Assembly (NCBI RefSeq): GCF_009914755.1
Contig: NC_060925.1
Direction: 5' to 3' (one strand)
DNA from: the human T2T-CHM13v2.0 reference genome, Homo sapiens
Length of the DNA stretch: 64,000 bases
Part shown: one piece after another, positions 23,301 through 35,640 of the stretch
How positions within the stretch are numbered: position 1 is the first letter of the stretch
Layout of the letters: each line of letters opens with the position of its first letter
The notes under the pieces: generated by a model
Told to the model about the DNA's origin: nothing
Database searches by the model: none
Seen by the model: only the letters and a program-made list of their open reading frames with translations
Made by a program: the position numbers and the translations under genes

Positions 23301-26300
23301 TGTGATGTGTGCGTTCAACTCACAGAGTTTAACCTTTCTGTTCATAGAGCAGTTAGGAAACACTCTGTTTGTAAAGTCTGCAAGTGGATATTCAGACCTC
23401 TTTGAGGCCTTCGTTGGAAACGGGATTTCTTCATATTCTGCTAGACAGAAGAATTCTCAGTAACTTCCTTGTGTTGTGTGTATTCAACTCACAGAGTTGA
23501 ACGATCCTTTACGCAGAGCAGACTTGAAACACTCTTTTTGTGGAATTTGCAAGTGGAGATTTCAGCCGCTTTGAGGTCAATAGTAGAAAAGGAAATATCT
23601 TCGTAGAAAAACTAGACAGAATGATTCTCAGAAACTCCTTTGTGATGTGTGTGTTCAACTCACAGAGTTTAACCTTTCTTTTCATAGAGCAGTTAGTAAA
23701 CCCTCTGTTTATAAAGTCTGCAAGTGGATATTCAGACCCCTTTGAGGCCTTCGTTGGAAACGGGATTTCTTCATATTATGCTAGACAGAAGAATTCTCAG
23801 TAACTTCCTTGTGTTGTGTGTATTCAACTGACAGAGTTGAACTTTCATTTAGAGAGAGCAGATTTGAAACACTGTTTTTGTGGAATTTGCAAGTGGAGAT
23901 TTCAAGCGCTTTGGGGCCAAAGGCAGAAAAGGAAATATCTTCGTATAAAAACTAGACAGAATCATTCTCAGAAACTGCTGCGTGATGTGTGCGTTCAACT
24001 CTCAGAGTTTAACTTTTCTTTTCATTCAGCGGTTTGGAAACACTCTGTTTGTAAAGTCTGCACGTGGATATTTTGACCACTTAGAGGCCTTCGTTGGAAA
24101 CGGGTTTTTTTCATGTAAGGCTAGACAGAAGAATTCCCAGTAACTTCCTTGTGTTGTGTGCATTCAACTCACAGAGTTGAACGTTCCCTTAGACAGAGCA
24201 GATTTGAAACACTCTATTTGTGCAATTTGTAGTGTAGATTTCAAGCGCTTTAAGGTCAATGGCAGAAAAGGAAATTTCTTCGTTTCAAAACTAGACAGAA
24301 TCATTCCCACAAACTGCGTTGTGATGTGTTCGTTCAACTCACAGAGTTTAACCTTTCTGTTCATAGAGCAGTTAGGAAACACTCTGTTTGTAAAGTCTGC
24401 AAGTGGATATTCAGACCTCCATGAGGCCTTCGTTGGAAACGGGATTTCTTCATATTCTGCTAGACAGAAGAATTCTCAGTAACTTCCTTGTGTTGTGTTT
24501 ATTCAACTCACAGAGTTGAATGATCCTTTACACAGAGCAGACTTGAAACACTCTTTTTGTGGAATTTGCAAGTGGAGATTTCAGCCGCTTTGAGGTCAAC
24601 GGTAGAAAAGTAAATATCTTCGTATAAAGACTAGACAGAATGATTCTCAGAAACTCCTTTGTGATGTGTGCGTTCAACTCACAGAGTTTAACCTTTCTGT
24701 TCATAGAGCAGTTAGGAAACACTCTGTTTGTAAAGTCTGCAAGTGGATATTCAGACCTCTTTGAGGCCTTCGTTGGAAACGGGATTTCTTCATATTCTGC
24801 TAGACAGAAGAATTCTCAGTAACTTCCTTGTGTTGTGTGTATTCAACTCACAGAGTTGAACGATCCTTTACACAGAGCAGACTTGAAACACTCTTTTTGT
24901 GGAATTTGCAAGTGGAGATTTCAGCCGCTTTGAGGTCAATGGTAGAAAAGGAAACTATCTTCATATAAAGACTAGACAGAATGATTCTCAGAAAATCTTT
25001 TGTGATGTGTGCGTTCAACTCACAGAGTTTAACTTTTCTTCTCATAGAGCAGTTAGGAAACACTCTGTTTGTAAAGTCTGCAAGTGGATATTCAGACATC
25101 TTTGAGGCCTTCGTTGGAAACGGGATTTCTTCATATTCTGCTAGACAGAAGAATTCTCAGTAACTTCCTTGTGTTGTGTGTATTCAACTCACAGAGTTGA
25201 AGGATCCTTTACAGAGAGCAGGCTTGAAACACTCTTTTTGTCGAATTTGCAAGTGGAGATTTCAGCCGCTTTGAGGTCAATGGTAGAATAGGAAATATCT
25301 TCTTATAGAAACTAGACAGAATGATTCTCATAAACTCCTTTGTGATGTGTGCGTTCAACTCACAGAGTTTAACCTTTCTTTTCATAGAGCAGTTAGGAAA
25401 CACTCTGTTTGTAAAGTCTGCAAGTGGATATTCAGACCTCCTTGAGGCCTTCGTTGGAAACGGGATTTCTTCATATTCTGCTAGACAGAAGAATTCTCAG
25501 TAACTTCCTTGTGTTGTGTTTATTCAACTCACAGAGTTGAATGATCCTTTACACAGAGCAGACTTGAAACACTCTTTTTGTGGAATTTGCAAGTGGAGAT
25601 TTCAGCCGCTTTGAGGTCAACGGTAGAAAAGTAAATATCTTCGTATAAAGACTAGACAGAATGATTCTCAGAAACTCCTTTGTGATGTGTGCGTTCAACT
25701 CACAGAGTTTAACCTTTCTGTTCATAGAGCAGTTAGGAAACACTCTGTTTGTAAAGTCTGCAAGTGGATATTCAGACCTCTTTGAGGCCTTCGTTGGAAA
25801 CGGGATTTCTTCATATTCTGCTAGACAGAAGAATTCTCAGTAACTTCCTTGTGTTGTGTGTATTCAACTCACAGAGTTGAACGATCCTTTACACAGAGCA
25901 GACTTGAAACACTCTTTTTGTGGAATTTGCAAGAGGAGATTTCAGCCGCTTTGAGGTCAATAGTAGAAAAGGAAATGTCTTCGTAGAAAAACTAGACAGA
26001 ATGATTCTCAGAAACTCCTTTGTGATGTGTGTGTTCAACTCACAGAGTTTAACCTTTCTTTTCATAGAGCAGTTAGTAAACACTCTGTTTATAAAGTCTG
26101 CAAGTGGATATTCAGACCCCTTTGAGGCCTTCGTTGGAAACGGGATTTCTTCATATTATGCTAGACAGAAGAATTCTCAGTAACTTCCTTGTGTTGTGTG
26201 TATTCAACTGACAGAGTTGAACTTTCATTTGGAGAGAGCAGATTTGAAACACTGTTTTTGTGGAATTTGCAAGTGGAGATTTCAAGCGCTTTGGGGCCAA

Positions 26301-29300
26301 AGGCAGAAAAGGAAATATCTTCGTATAAAAACTAGACAGAATCATTCTCAGAAACTGCTGCGTGATGTGTGCGTTCAACTCTCAGAGTTTAACCTTTCTT
26401 TTCATTCAGCGGTTTGGAAACACTCTGTTTGTAAAGTCTGCACGTGGATATTTTGACCACTTAGAGGCCTTCGTTGGAAACGGGTTTTTTTCATGTAAGG
26501 CTAGACAGAAGAATTCCCAGTAACTTCCTTGTGTTGTGTGCATTCAACTCACAGAGTTGAACGTTCCCTTAGACAGAGCAGATTTGAAACACTCTATTTG
26601 TGCAATTTGCAAGTGTAGATTTCAAGCGCTTTAAGGTCAACGGCAGAAAAGGAAATATCTTCGTTTCAAAACTAGACAGAATCATTCCCACAAACTGCGT
26701 TGTGATGTGTTCGTTCAACTCACAGAGTTTAACCTTTCTGTTCATAGAGCAGTTAGGAAACACTCTGTTTGTAAAGTCTGTAAGTGGATATTCTGATATC
26801 TTGTGGCCTTCGTTGGAAACGGGATTTCTTCATATTCTGCTAGACAGAAGAATTCTCAGTAACTTCCTTGTGTTGTGTGTATTCAACTCACAGAGTTGAA
26901 CGATCCTTTACACAGAGCAGACTTGAAACACTCTTTTTGTGGAATTTGCAAGTGGAGATTTCAGCCGCTTTGAGGTCAATGGTAGAAAAGGAAACTATCT
27001 TCATATAAAGACTAGACAGAATGATTCTCAGAAAATCTTTTGTGATGTGTGCGTTCAACTCACAGAGTTTAACTTTTCTTCTCATAGAGCAGTTAGGAAA
27101 CACTCTGTTTGTAAAGTCTGCAAGTGGATATTCAGACCTGTTTGAGGCCTTCGTTGGAAACGAGATTTCTTCATATTATGCTAGACAGAATAATTCTCAG
27201 TAACTTCCTTGTGTTGTGTGTATTCAACTCACAGAGTTGAAGGATCCTTTACAGAGAGCAGGCTTGAAACACTCTTTTTGTCGAATTTGCAAGTGGAGAT
27301 TTCAGCCGCTTTGAGGTCAATGGTAGAATAGGAAATATCTTCTTATAGAAACTAGACAAAATGATTCTCATGAACTCCTTTGTGATGTGTGCGTTCAACT
27401 CACAGAGTTTAACCTTTCTTTTCATAGAGCAGTTAGGAAACACTCTGTTTGTAAAGTCTGCAAGTGGATATTCAGACCTCCTTGAGGCCTTCGTTGGAAA
27501 CGGGATTTCTTCATATTCTGCTAGACAGAAGAATTCTCAGTAACTTCCTTGTGTTGTGTGTATTCAACTCACAGAGTTGAACGATCCTTTACACAGAGCA
27601 GACTTGAAACACTCTTTTTGTGGAATTTGCAAGTGGAGATTTCAGCCGCTTTGAGGTCAATGGTAGAAAAGGAAACTATCTTCATATAAAGACTAGACAG
27701 AATGATTCTCAGAAAATCTTTTGTGATGTGTGCGTTCAACTCACAGAGTTTAACTTTTCTTCTCATAGAGCAGTTAGGAAACACTCTGTTTGTAAAGTCT
27801 GCAAGTGGATATTCAGACCTGTTTGAGGCCTTCGTTGGAAACGGGATTTCTTCATATTATGCTAGACAGAATAATTCTCAGTAACTTCCTTGTGTTGTGT
27901 GTATTCAACTCACAGAGTTGAAGGATCCTTTACAGAGAGCAGGCTTGAAACACTCTTTTTGTCGAATTTGCAAGTGGAGATTTCAGCCGCTTTGAGGTCA
28001 ATGGTAGAATAGGAAATATCTTCTTATAGAAACTAGACAAAATGATTCTCATGAACTCCTTTGTGATGTGTGCGTTCAACTCACAGAGTTTAACCTTTCT
28101 TTTCATAGAGCAGTTAGGAAACACTCTGTTTGTAAAGTCTGCAAGTGGATATTCAGACCTCCTTGAGGCCTTCGTTGGAAACGGGATTTCTTCATATTCT
28201 GCTAGACAGAAGAATTCTCAGTAACTTCCTTGTGTTGTGTGTATTCAACTCACAGAGTTGAACGATCCTTTACACAGAGCAGACTTGAAACATTCTTTTT
28301 GTGGAATTTGCAAGTGGAGATTTCAGCCGCTTTGAGGTCAATGGTAGAATAGGAAATATCTTCCTATAGAAACTAGACAGAACGATTCTCAGAAACTCCT
28401 TTGTGATGTGTGCGTTCAACTCACAGAGTTTAACCTTTCTTTTCATAGAGCAGTTAGGAAACACTCTGTTTGTAAAGTCTGCAAGTGGATATTCAGACAT
28501 CTTTGAGGCCTTCGTTGGAAACGGGATTTCTTCATATTCTGCTAGACAGAAGAATTCTCAGTAACTTCCTTGTGTTGTGTGTATTCAACTCACAGAGTTG
28601 AAGGATCCTTTACAGAGAGCAGTCTTGAAACACTCTTTTTGTCGAATTTGCAAGTGGAGATTTCAGCCGCTTTGAGGTCAATGGTAGAATAGGAAATATC
28701 TTCTTATAGAAACTAGACAGAATGATTCTCATAAACTCCTTTGTGATGTGTGCGTTCAACTCACAGAGTTTAACCTTTCTTTTCATAGAGCAGTTAGGAA
28801 ACACTCTGTTTGTAAAGTCTGCAAGTGGATATTCAGACCTCCTTGAGGCCTTCGTTGGAAACGGGATTTCTTCATATTCTGCTAGACAGAAGAATTCTCA
28901 GTAACTTCCTTGTGTTGTGTTTATTCAACTCACAGAGTTGAATGATCCTTTACACAGAGCAGACTTGAAACACTCTTTTTGTGGAATTTGCAAGTGGACA
29001 TTTCAGCCGCTTTGAGGTCAACGGTAGAAAAGTAAATATCTTCGTATAAAGACTAGACAGAATGATTCTCAGAAACTCCTTTGTGATGTGTGCGTTCAAC
29101 TCACAGAGTTTAACCTTACTGTTCATAGAGCAGTTAGGAAACACTCTGTTTGTAAAGTCTGCACGTGGAAATTTTGACCACTTAGAGGCCTTCGTTGGAA
29201 ACGGGTTTTTTTCATGTAAGGCTAGACAGAAGAATTCCCAGTAACTTCCTTGTGTTGTGTGCATTCAACTCACAGAGTTGAACGTTCCCTTAGACAGAGC

Positions 29301-32300
29301 AGATTTGAAACACTCTATTTGTGCAATTTGCAAGTGTAGTTTTCAAGCTCTTTAAGGTCAATGGCAGAAAAGGAAATATCTTCGTTTCAAAACTAGACAG
29401 AATCATTCCCACAAACTGCGTTGTGATGTGTTCGTTCAACTCACAGAGTTTAACCTTTCTGTTCATAGAGCAGTTAGGAAACACTCTGTTTGTAAAGTCT
29501 GTAAGTGGATATTCTGACATCTTGTGGCCTTCGTTGGAAACGGGATTTCTTCATATTCTGCTACACAGAAGAATTCTCAGTAACTTCCTTGTGTTGTGTG
29601 TATTCAACTCACAGAGTTGAACGATCCTTTACACAGAGCAGACTTGAAACACTCTTTTTGTGGAATTTGCAAGTGGAGATTTCAGCCGCTTTGAGGTCAA
29701 TGGTAGAAAAGGAAACTATCTTCATATAAAGACTAGACAGAATGATTCTCAGAAAATCTTTTGTGATGTGTGCGTTCAACTCACAGAGTTTAACTTTTCT
29801 TCTCATAGAGCAGTTAGGAAACACTCTGTTTGTAAAGTCTGCAAGTGGATATTCAGACATCTTTGAGGCCTTCGTTGGAAACGGGATTTCTTCATATTCT
29901 GCTAGACAGAAGAATTCTCAGTAACTTCCTTGTGTTGTGTGTATTCAACTCACAGAGTTGAAGGATCCTTTACAGAGAGCAGGCTTGAAACACTCTTTTT
30001 GTCGAATTTGCAAGTGGAGATTTCAGCCGCTTTGAGGTCAATGGTAGAATAGGAAATATCTTCTTATAGAAACTAGACAGAATGATTCTCATAAACTCCT
30101 TTGTGATGTGTGCGTTCAACTCACAGAGTTTAACCTTTCTTTTCATAGAGCAGTTAGGAAACACTCTGTTTGTAAAGTCTGCAAGTGGATATTCAGACCT
30201 CCTTGAGGCCTTCGTTGGAAACGGGATTTCTTCATATTCTGCTAGACAGAAGAATTCTCAGTAACTTCCTTGTGTTGTGTTTATTCAACTCACAGAGTTG
30301 AATGATCCTTTACACAGAGCAGACTTGAAACACTCTTTTTGTGGAATTTGCAAGTGGAGATTTCAGCCGCTTTGAGGTCAACGGTAGAAAAGTAAATATC
30401 TTCGTATAAAGACTAGACAGAATGATTCTCAGAAACTCCTTTGTGATGTGTGCGTTCAACTCACAGAGTTTAACCTTTCTGTTCATAGAGCAGTTAGGAA
30501 ACACTCTGTTTGTAAAGTCTGCAAGTGGATATTCAGACCTCTTTGAGGCCTTCGTTGGAAACGGGATTTCTTCATATTCTGCTAGACAGAAGAATTCTCA
30601 GTAACTTCCTTGTGTTGTGTGTATTCAACTCACAGAGTTGAACGATCCTTTACGCAGAGCAGACTTGAAACACTCTTTTTGTGGAATTTGCAAGTGGAGA
30701 TTTCAGCCGCTTTGAGGTCAATAGTAGAAAAGGAAATATCTTCGTAGAAAAACTAGACAGAATGATTCTCAGAAACTCCTTTGTGATGTGTGTGTTCAAC
30801 TCACAGAGTTTAACCTTTCTTTTCATAGAGCAGTTAGTAAACCCTCTGTTTATAAAGTCTGCAAGTGGATATTCAGACCCCTTTGAGGCCTTCGTTGGAA
30901 ACGGGATTTCTTCATATTATGCTAGACAGAAGAATTCTCAGTAACTTCCTTGTGTTGTGTGTATTCAACTGACAGAGTTGAACTTTCATTTAGAGAGAGC
31001 AGATTTGAAACACTGTTTTTGTGGAATTTGCAAGTGGAGATTTCAAGCGCTTTGGGGCCAAAGGCAGAAAAGGAAATATCTTCGTATAAAAACTAGACAG
31101 AATCATTCTCAGAAACTGCTGCGTGATGTGTGCGTTCAACTCTCAGAGTTTAACTTTTCTTTTCATTCAGCGGTTTGGAAACACTCTGTTTGTAAAGTCT
31201 GCACGTGGATATTTTGACCACTTAGAGGCCTTCGTTGGAAACGGGTTTTTTTCATGTAAGGCTAGACAGAAGAATTCCCAGTAACTTCCTTGTGTTGTGT
31301 GCATTCAACTCACAGAGTTGAACGTTCCCTTAGACAGAGCAGATTTGAAACACTCTATTTGTGCAATTTGTAGTGTAGATTTCAAGCGCTTTAAGGTCAA
31401 TGGCAGAAAAGGAAATTTCTTCGTTTCAAAACTAGACAGAATCATTCCCACAAACTGCGTTGTGATGTGTTCGTTCAACTCACAGAGTTTAACCTTTCTG
31501 TTCATAGAGCAGTTAGGAAACACTCTGTTTGTAAAGTCTGCAAGTGGATATTCAGACCTCCATGAGGCCTTCGTTGGAAACGGGATTTCTTCATATTCTG
31601 CTAGACAGAAGAATTCTCAGTAACTTCCTTGTGTTGTGTTTATTCAACTCACAGAGTTGAATGATCCTTTACACAGAGCAGACTTGAAACACTCTTTTTG
31701 TGGAATTTGCAAGTGGAGATTTCAGCCGCTTTGAGGTCAACGGTAGAAAAGTAAATATCTTCGTATAAAGACTAGACAGAATGATTCTCAGAAACTCCTT
31801 TGTGATGTGTGCGTTCAACTCACAGAGTTTAACCTTTCTGTTCATAGAGCAGTTAGGAAACACTCTGTTTGTAAAGTCTGCAAGTGGATATTCAGACCTC
31901 TTTGAGGCCTTCGTTGGAAACGGGATTTCTTCATATTCTGCTAGACAGAAGAATTCTCAGTAACTTCCTTGTGTTGTGTGTATTCAACTCACAGAGTTGA
32001 ACGATCCTTTACACAGAGCAGACTTGAAACACTCTTTTTGTGGAATTTGCAAGTGGAGATTTCAGCCGCTTTGAGGTCAATGGTAGAAAAGGAAACTATC
32101 TTCATATAAAGACTAGACAGAATGATTCTCAGAAAATCTTTTGTGATGTGTGCGTTCAACTCACAGAGTTTAACTTTTCTTCTCATAGAGCAGTTAGGAA
32201 ACACTCTGTTTGTAAAGTCTGCAAGTGGATATTCAGACATCTTTGAGGCCTTCGTTGGAAACGGGATTTCTTCATATTCTGCTAGACAGAAGAATTCTCA

Positions 32301-35300
32301 GTAACTTCCTTGTGTTGTGTGTATTCAACTCACAGAGTTGAAGGATCCTTTACAGAGAGCAGGCTTGAAACACTCTTTTTGTCGAATTTGCAAGTGGAGA
32401 TTTCAGCCGCTTTGAGGTCAATGGTAGAATAGGAAATATCTTCTTATAGAAACTAGACAGAATGATTCTCATAAACTCCTTTGTGATGTGTGCGTTCAAC
32501 TCACAGAGTTTAACCTTTCTTTTCATAGAGCAGTTAGGAAACACTCTGTTTGTAAAGTCTGCAAGTGGATATTCAGACCTCCTTGAGGCCTTCGTTGGAA
32601 ACGGGATTTCTTCATATTCTGCTAGACAGAAGAATTCTCAGTAACTTCCTTGTGTTGTGTTTATTCAACTCACAGAGTTGAATGATCCTTTACACAGAGC
32701 AGACTTGAAACACTCTTTTTGTGGAATTTGCAAGTGGAGATTTCAGCCGCTTTGAGGTCAACGGTAGAAAAGTAAATATCTTCGTATAAAGACTAGACAG
32801 AATGATTCTCAGAAACTCCTTTGTGATGTGTGCGTTCAACTCACAGAGTTTAACCTTTCTGTTCATAGAGCAGTTAGGAAACACTCTGTTTGTAAAGTCT
32901 GCAAGTGGATATTCAGACCTCTTTGAGGCCTTCGTTGGAAACGGGATTTCTTCATATTCTGCTAGACAGAAGAATTCTCAGTAACTTCCTTGTGTTGTGT
33001 GTATTCAACTCACAGAGTTGAACGATCCTTTACACAGAGCAGACTTGAAACACTCTTTTTGTGGAATTTGCAAGAGGAGATTTCAGCCGCTTTGAGGTCA
33101 ATAGTAGAAAAGGAAATGTCTTCGTAGAAAAACTAGACAGAATGATTCTCAGAAACTCCTTTGTGATGTGTGTGTTCAACTCACAGAGTTTAACCTTTCT
33201 TTTCATAGAGCAGTTAGTAAACACTCTGTTTATAAAGTCTGCAAGTGGATATTCAGACCCCTTTGAGGCCTTCGTTGGAAACGGGATTTCTTCATATTAT
33301 GCTAGACAGAAGAATTCTCAGTAACTTCCTTGTGTTGTGTGTATTCAACTGACAGAGTTGAACTTTCATTTGGAGAGAGCAGATTTGAAACACTGTTTTT
33401 GTGGAATTTGCAAGTGGAGATTTCAAGCGCTTTGGGGCCAAAGGCAGAAAAGGAAATATCTTCGTATAAAAACTAGACAGAATCATTCTCAGAAACTGCT
33501 GCGTGATGTGTGCGTTCAACTCTCAGAGTTTAACCTTTCTTTTCATTCAGCGGTTTGGAAACACTCTGTTTGTAAAGTCTGCACGTGGATATTTTGACCA
33601 CTTAGAGGCCTTCGTTGGAAACGGGTTTTTTTCATGTAAGGCTAGACAGAAGAATTCCCAGTAACTTCCTTGTGTTGTGTGCATTCAACTCACAGAGTTG
33701 AACGTTCCCTTAGACAGAGCAGATTTGAAACACTCTATTTGTGCAATTTGCAAGTGTAGATTTCAAGCGCTTTAAGGTCAACGGCAGAAAAGGAAATATC
33801 TTCGTTTCAAAACTAGACAGAATCATTCCCACAAACTGCGTTGTGATGTGTTCGTTCAACTCACAGAGTTTAACCTTTCTGTTCATAGAGCAGTTAGGAA
33901 ACACTCTGTTTGTAAAGTCTGTAAGTGGATATTCTGATATCTTGTGGCCTTCGTTGGAAACGGGATTTCTTCATATTCTGCTAGACAGAAGAATTCTCAG
34001 TAACTTCCTTGTGTTGTGTGTATTCAACTCACAGAGTTGAACGATCCTTTACACAGAGCAGACTTGAAACACTCTTTTTGTGGAATTTGCAAGTGGAGAT
34101 TTCAGCCGCTTTGAGGTCAATGGTAGAAAAGGAAACTATCTTCATATAAAGACTAGACAGAATGATTCTCAGAAAATCTTTTGTGATGTGTGCGTTCAAC
34201 TCACAGAGTTTAACTTTTCTTCTCATAGAGCAGTTAGGAAACACTCTGTTTGCAAAGTCTGCAAGTGGATATTCAGACCTGTTTGAGGCCTTCGTTGGAA
34301 ACGGGATTTCTTCATATTATGCTAGACAGAATAATTCTCAGTAACTTCCTTGTGTTGTGTGTATTCAACTCACAGAGTTGAAGGATCCTTTACAGAGAGC
34401 AGGCTTGAAACACTCTTTTTGTCGAATTTGCAAGTGGAGATTTCAGCCGCTTTGAGGTCAATGGTAGAATAGGAAATATCTTCTTATAGAAACTAGACAA
34501 AATGATTCTCATGAACTCCTTTGTGATGTGTGCGTTCAACTCACAGAGTTTAACCTTTCTTTTCATAGAGCAGTTAGGAAACACTCTGTTTGTAAAGTCT
34601 GCAAGTGGATATTCAGACCTCCTTGAGGCCTTCGTTGGAAACGGGATTTCTTCATATTCTGCTAGACAGAAGAATTCTCAGTAACTTCCTTGTGTTGTGT
34701 GTATTCAACTCACAGAGTTGAACGATCCTTTACACAGAGCAGACTTGAAACACTCTTTTTGTGGAATTTGCAAGTGGAGATTTCAGCCGCTTTGAGGTCA
34801 ATGGTAGAAAAGGAAACTATCTTCATATAAAGACTAGACAGAATGATTCTCAGAAAATCTTTTGTGATGTGTGCGTTCAACTCACAGAGTTTAACTTTTC
34901 TTCTCATAGAGCAGTTAGGAAACACTCTGTTTGTAAAGTCTGCAAGTGGATATTCAGACCTGTTTGAGGCCTTCGTTGGAAACGGGATTTCTTCATATTA
35001 TGCTAGACAGAATAATTCTCAGTAACTTCCTTGTGTTGTGTGTATTCAACTCACAGAGTTGAAGGATCCTTTACAGAGAGCAGGCTTGAAACACTCTTTT
35101 TGTCGAATTTGCAAGTGGAGATTTCAGCCGCTTTGAGGTCAATGGTAGAATAGGAAATATCTTCTTATAGAAACTAGACAAAATGATTCTCATGAACTCC
35201 TTTGTGATGTGTGCGTTCAACTCACAGAGTTTAACCTTTCTTTTCATAGAGCAGTTAGGAAACACTCTGTTTGTAAAGTCTGCAAGTGGATATTCAGACC

Positions 35301-35640
35301 TCCTTGAGGCCTTCGTTGGAAACGGGATTTCTTCATATTCTGCTAGACAGAAGAATTCTCAGTAACTTCCTTGTGTTGTGTGTATTCAACTCACAGAGTT
35401 GAACGATCCTTTACACAGAGCAGACTTGAAACATTCTTTTTGTGGAATTTGCAAGTGGAGATTTCAGCCGCTTTGAGGTCAATGGTAGAATAGGAAATAT
35501 CTTCCTATAGAAACTAGACAGAACGATTCTCAGAAACTCCTTTGTGATGTGTGCGTTCAACTCACAGAGTTTAACCTTTCTTTTCATAGAGCAGTTAGGA
35601 AACACTCTGTTTGTAAAGTCTGCAAGTGGATATTCAGACC
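17350..35640 (+). repeat. Tandem macro-repeat, period 7141 bp (21 dimers / 42 monomers), ~2.6 copies
   Basis: ORF offsets 17707/24848/31989, 21809/28950, 24156/31297 and 28270/35411. Shared rare variants ctacacag, ttacgcag, taaaccctc, atttgtagtg and cctccatga. Confidence 0.9.
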
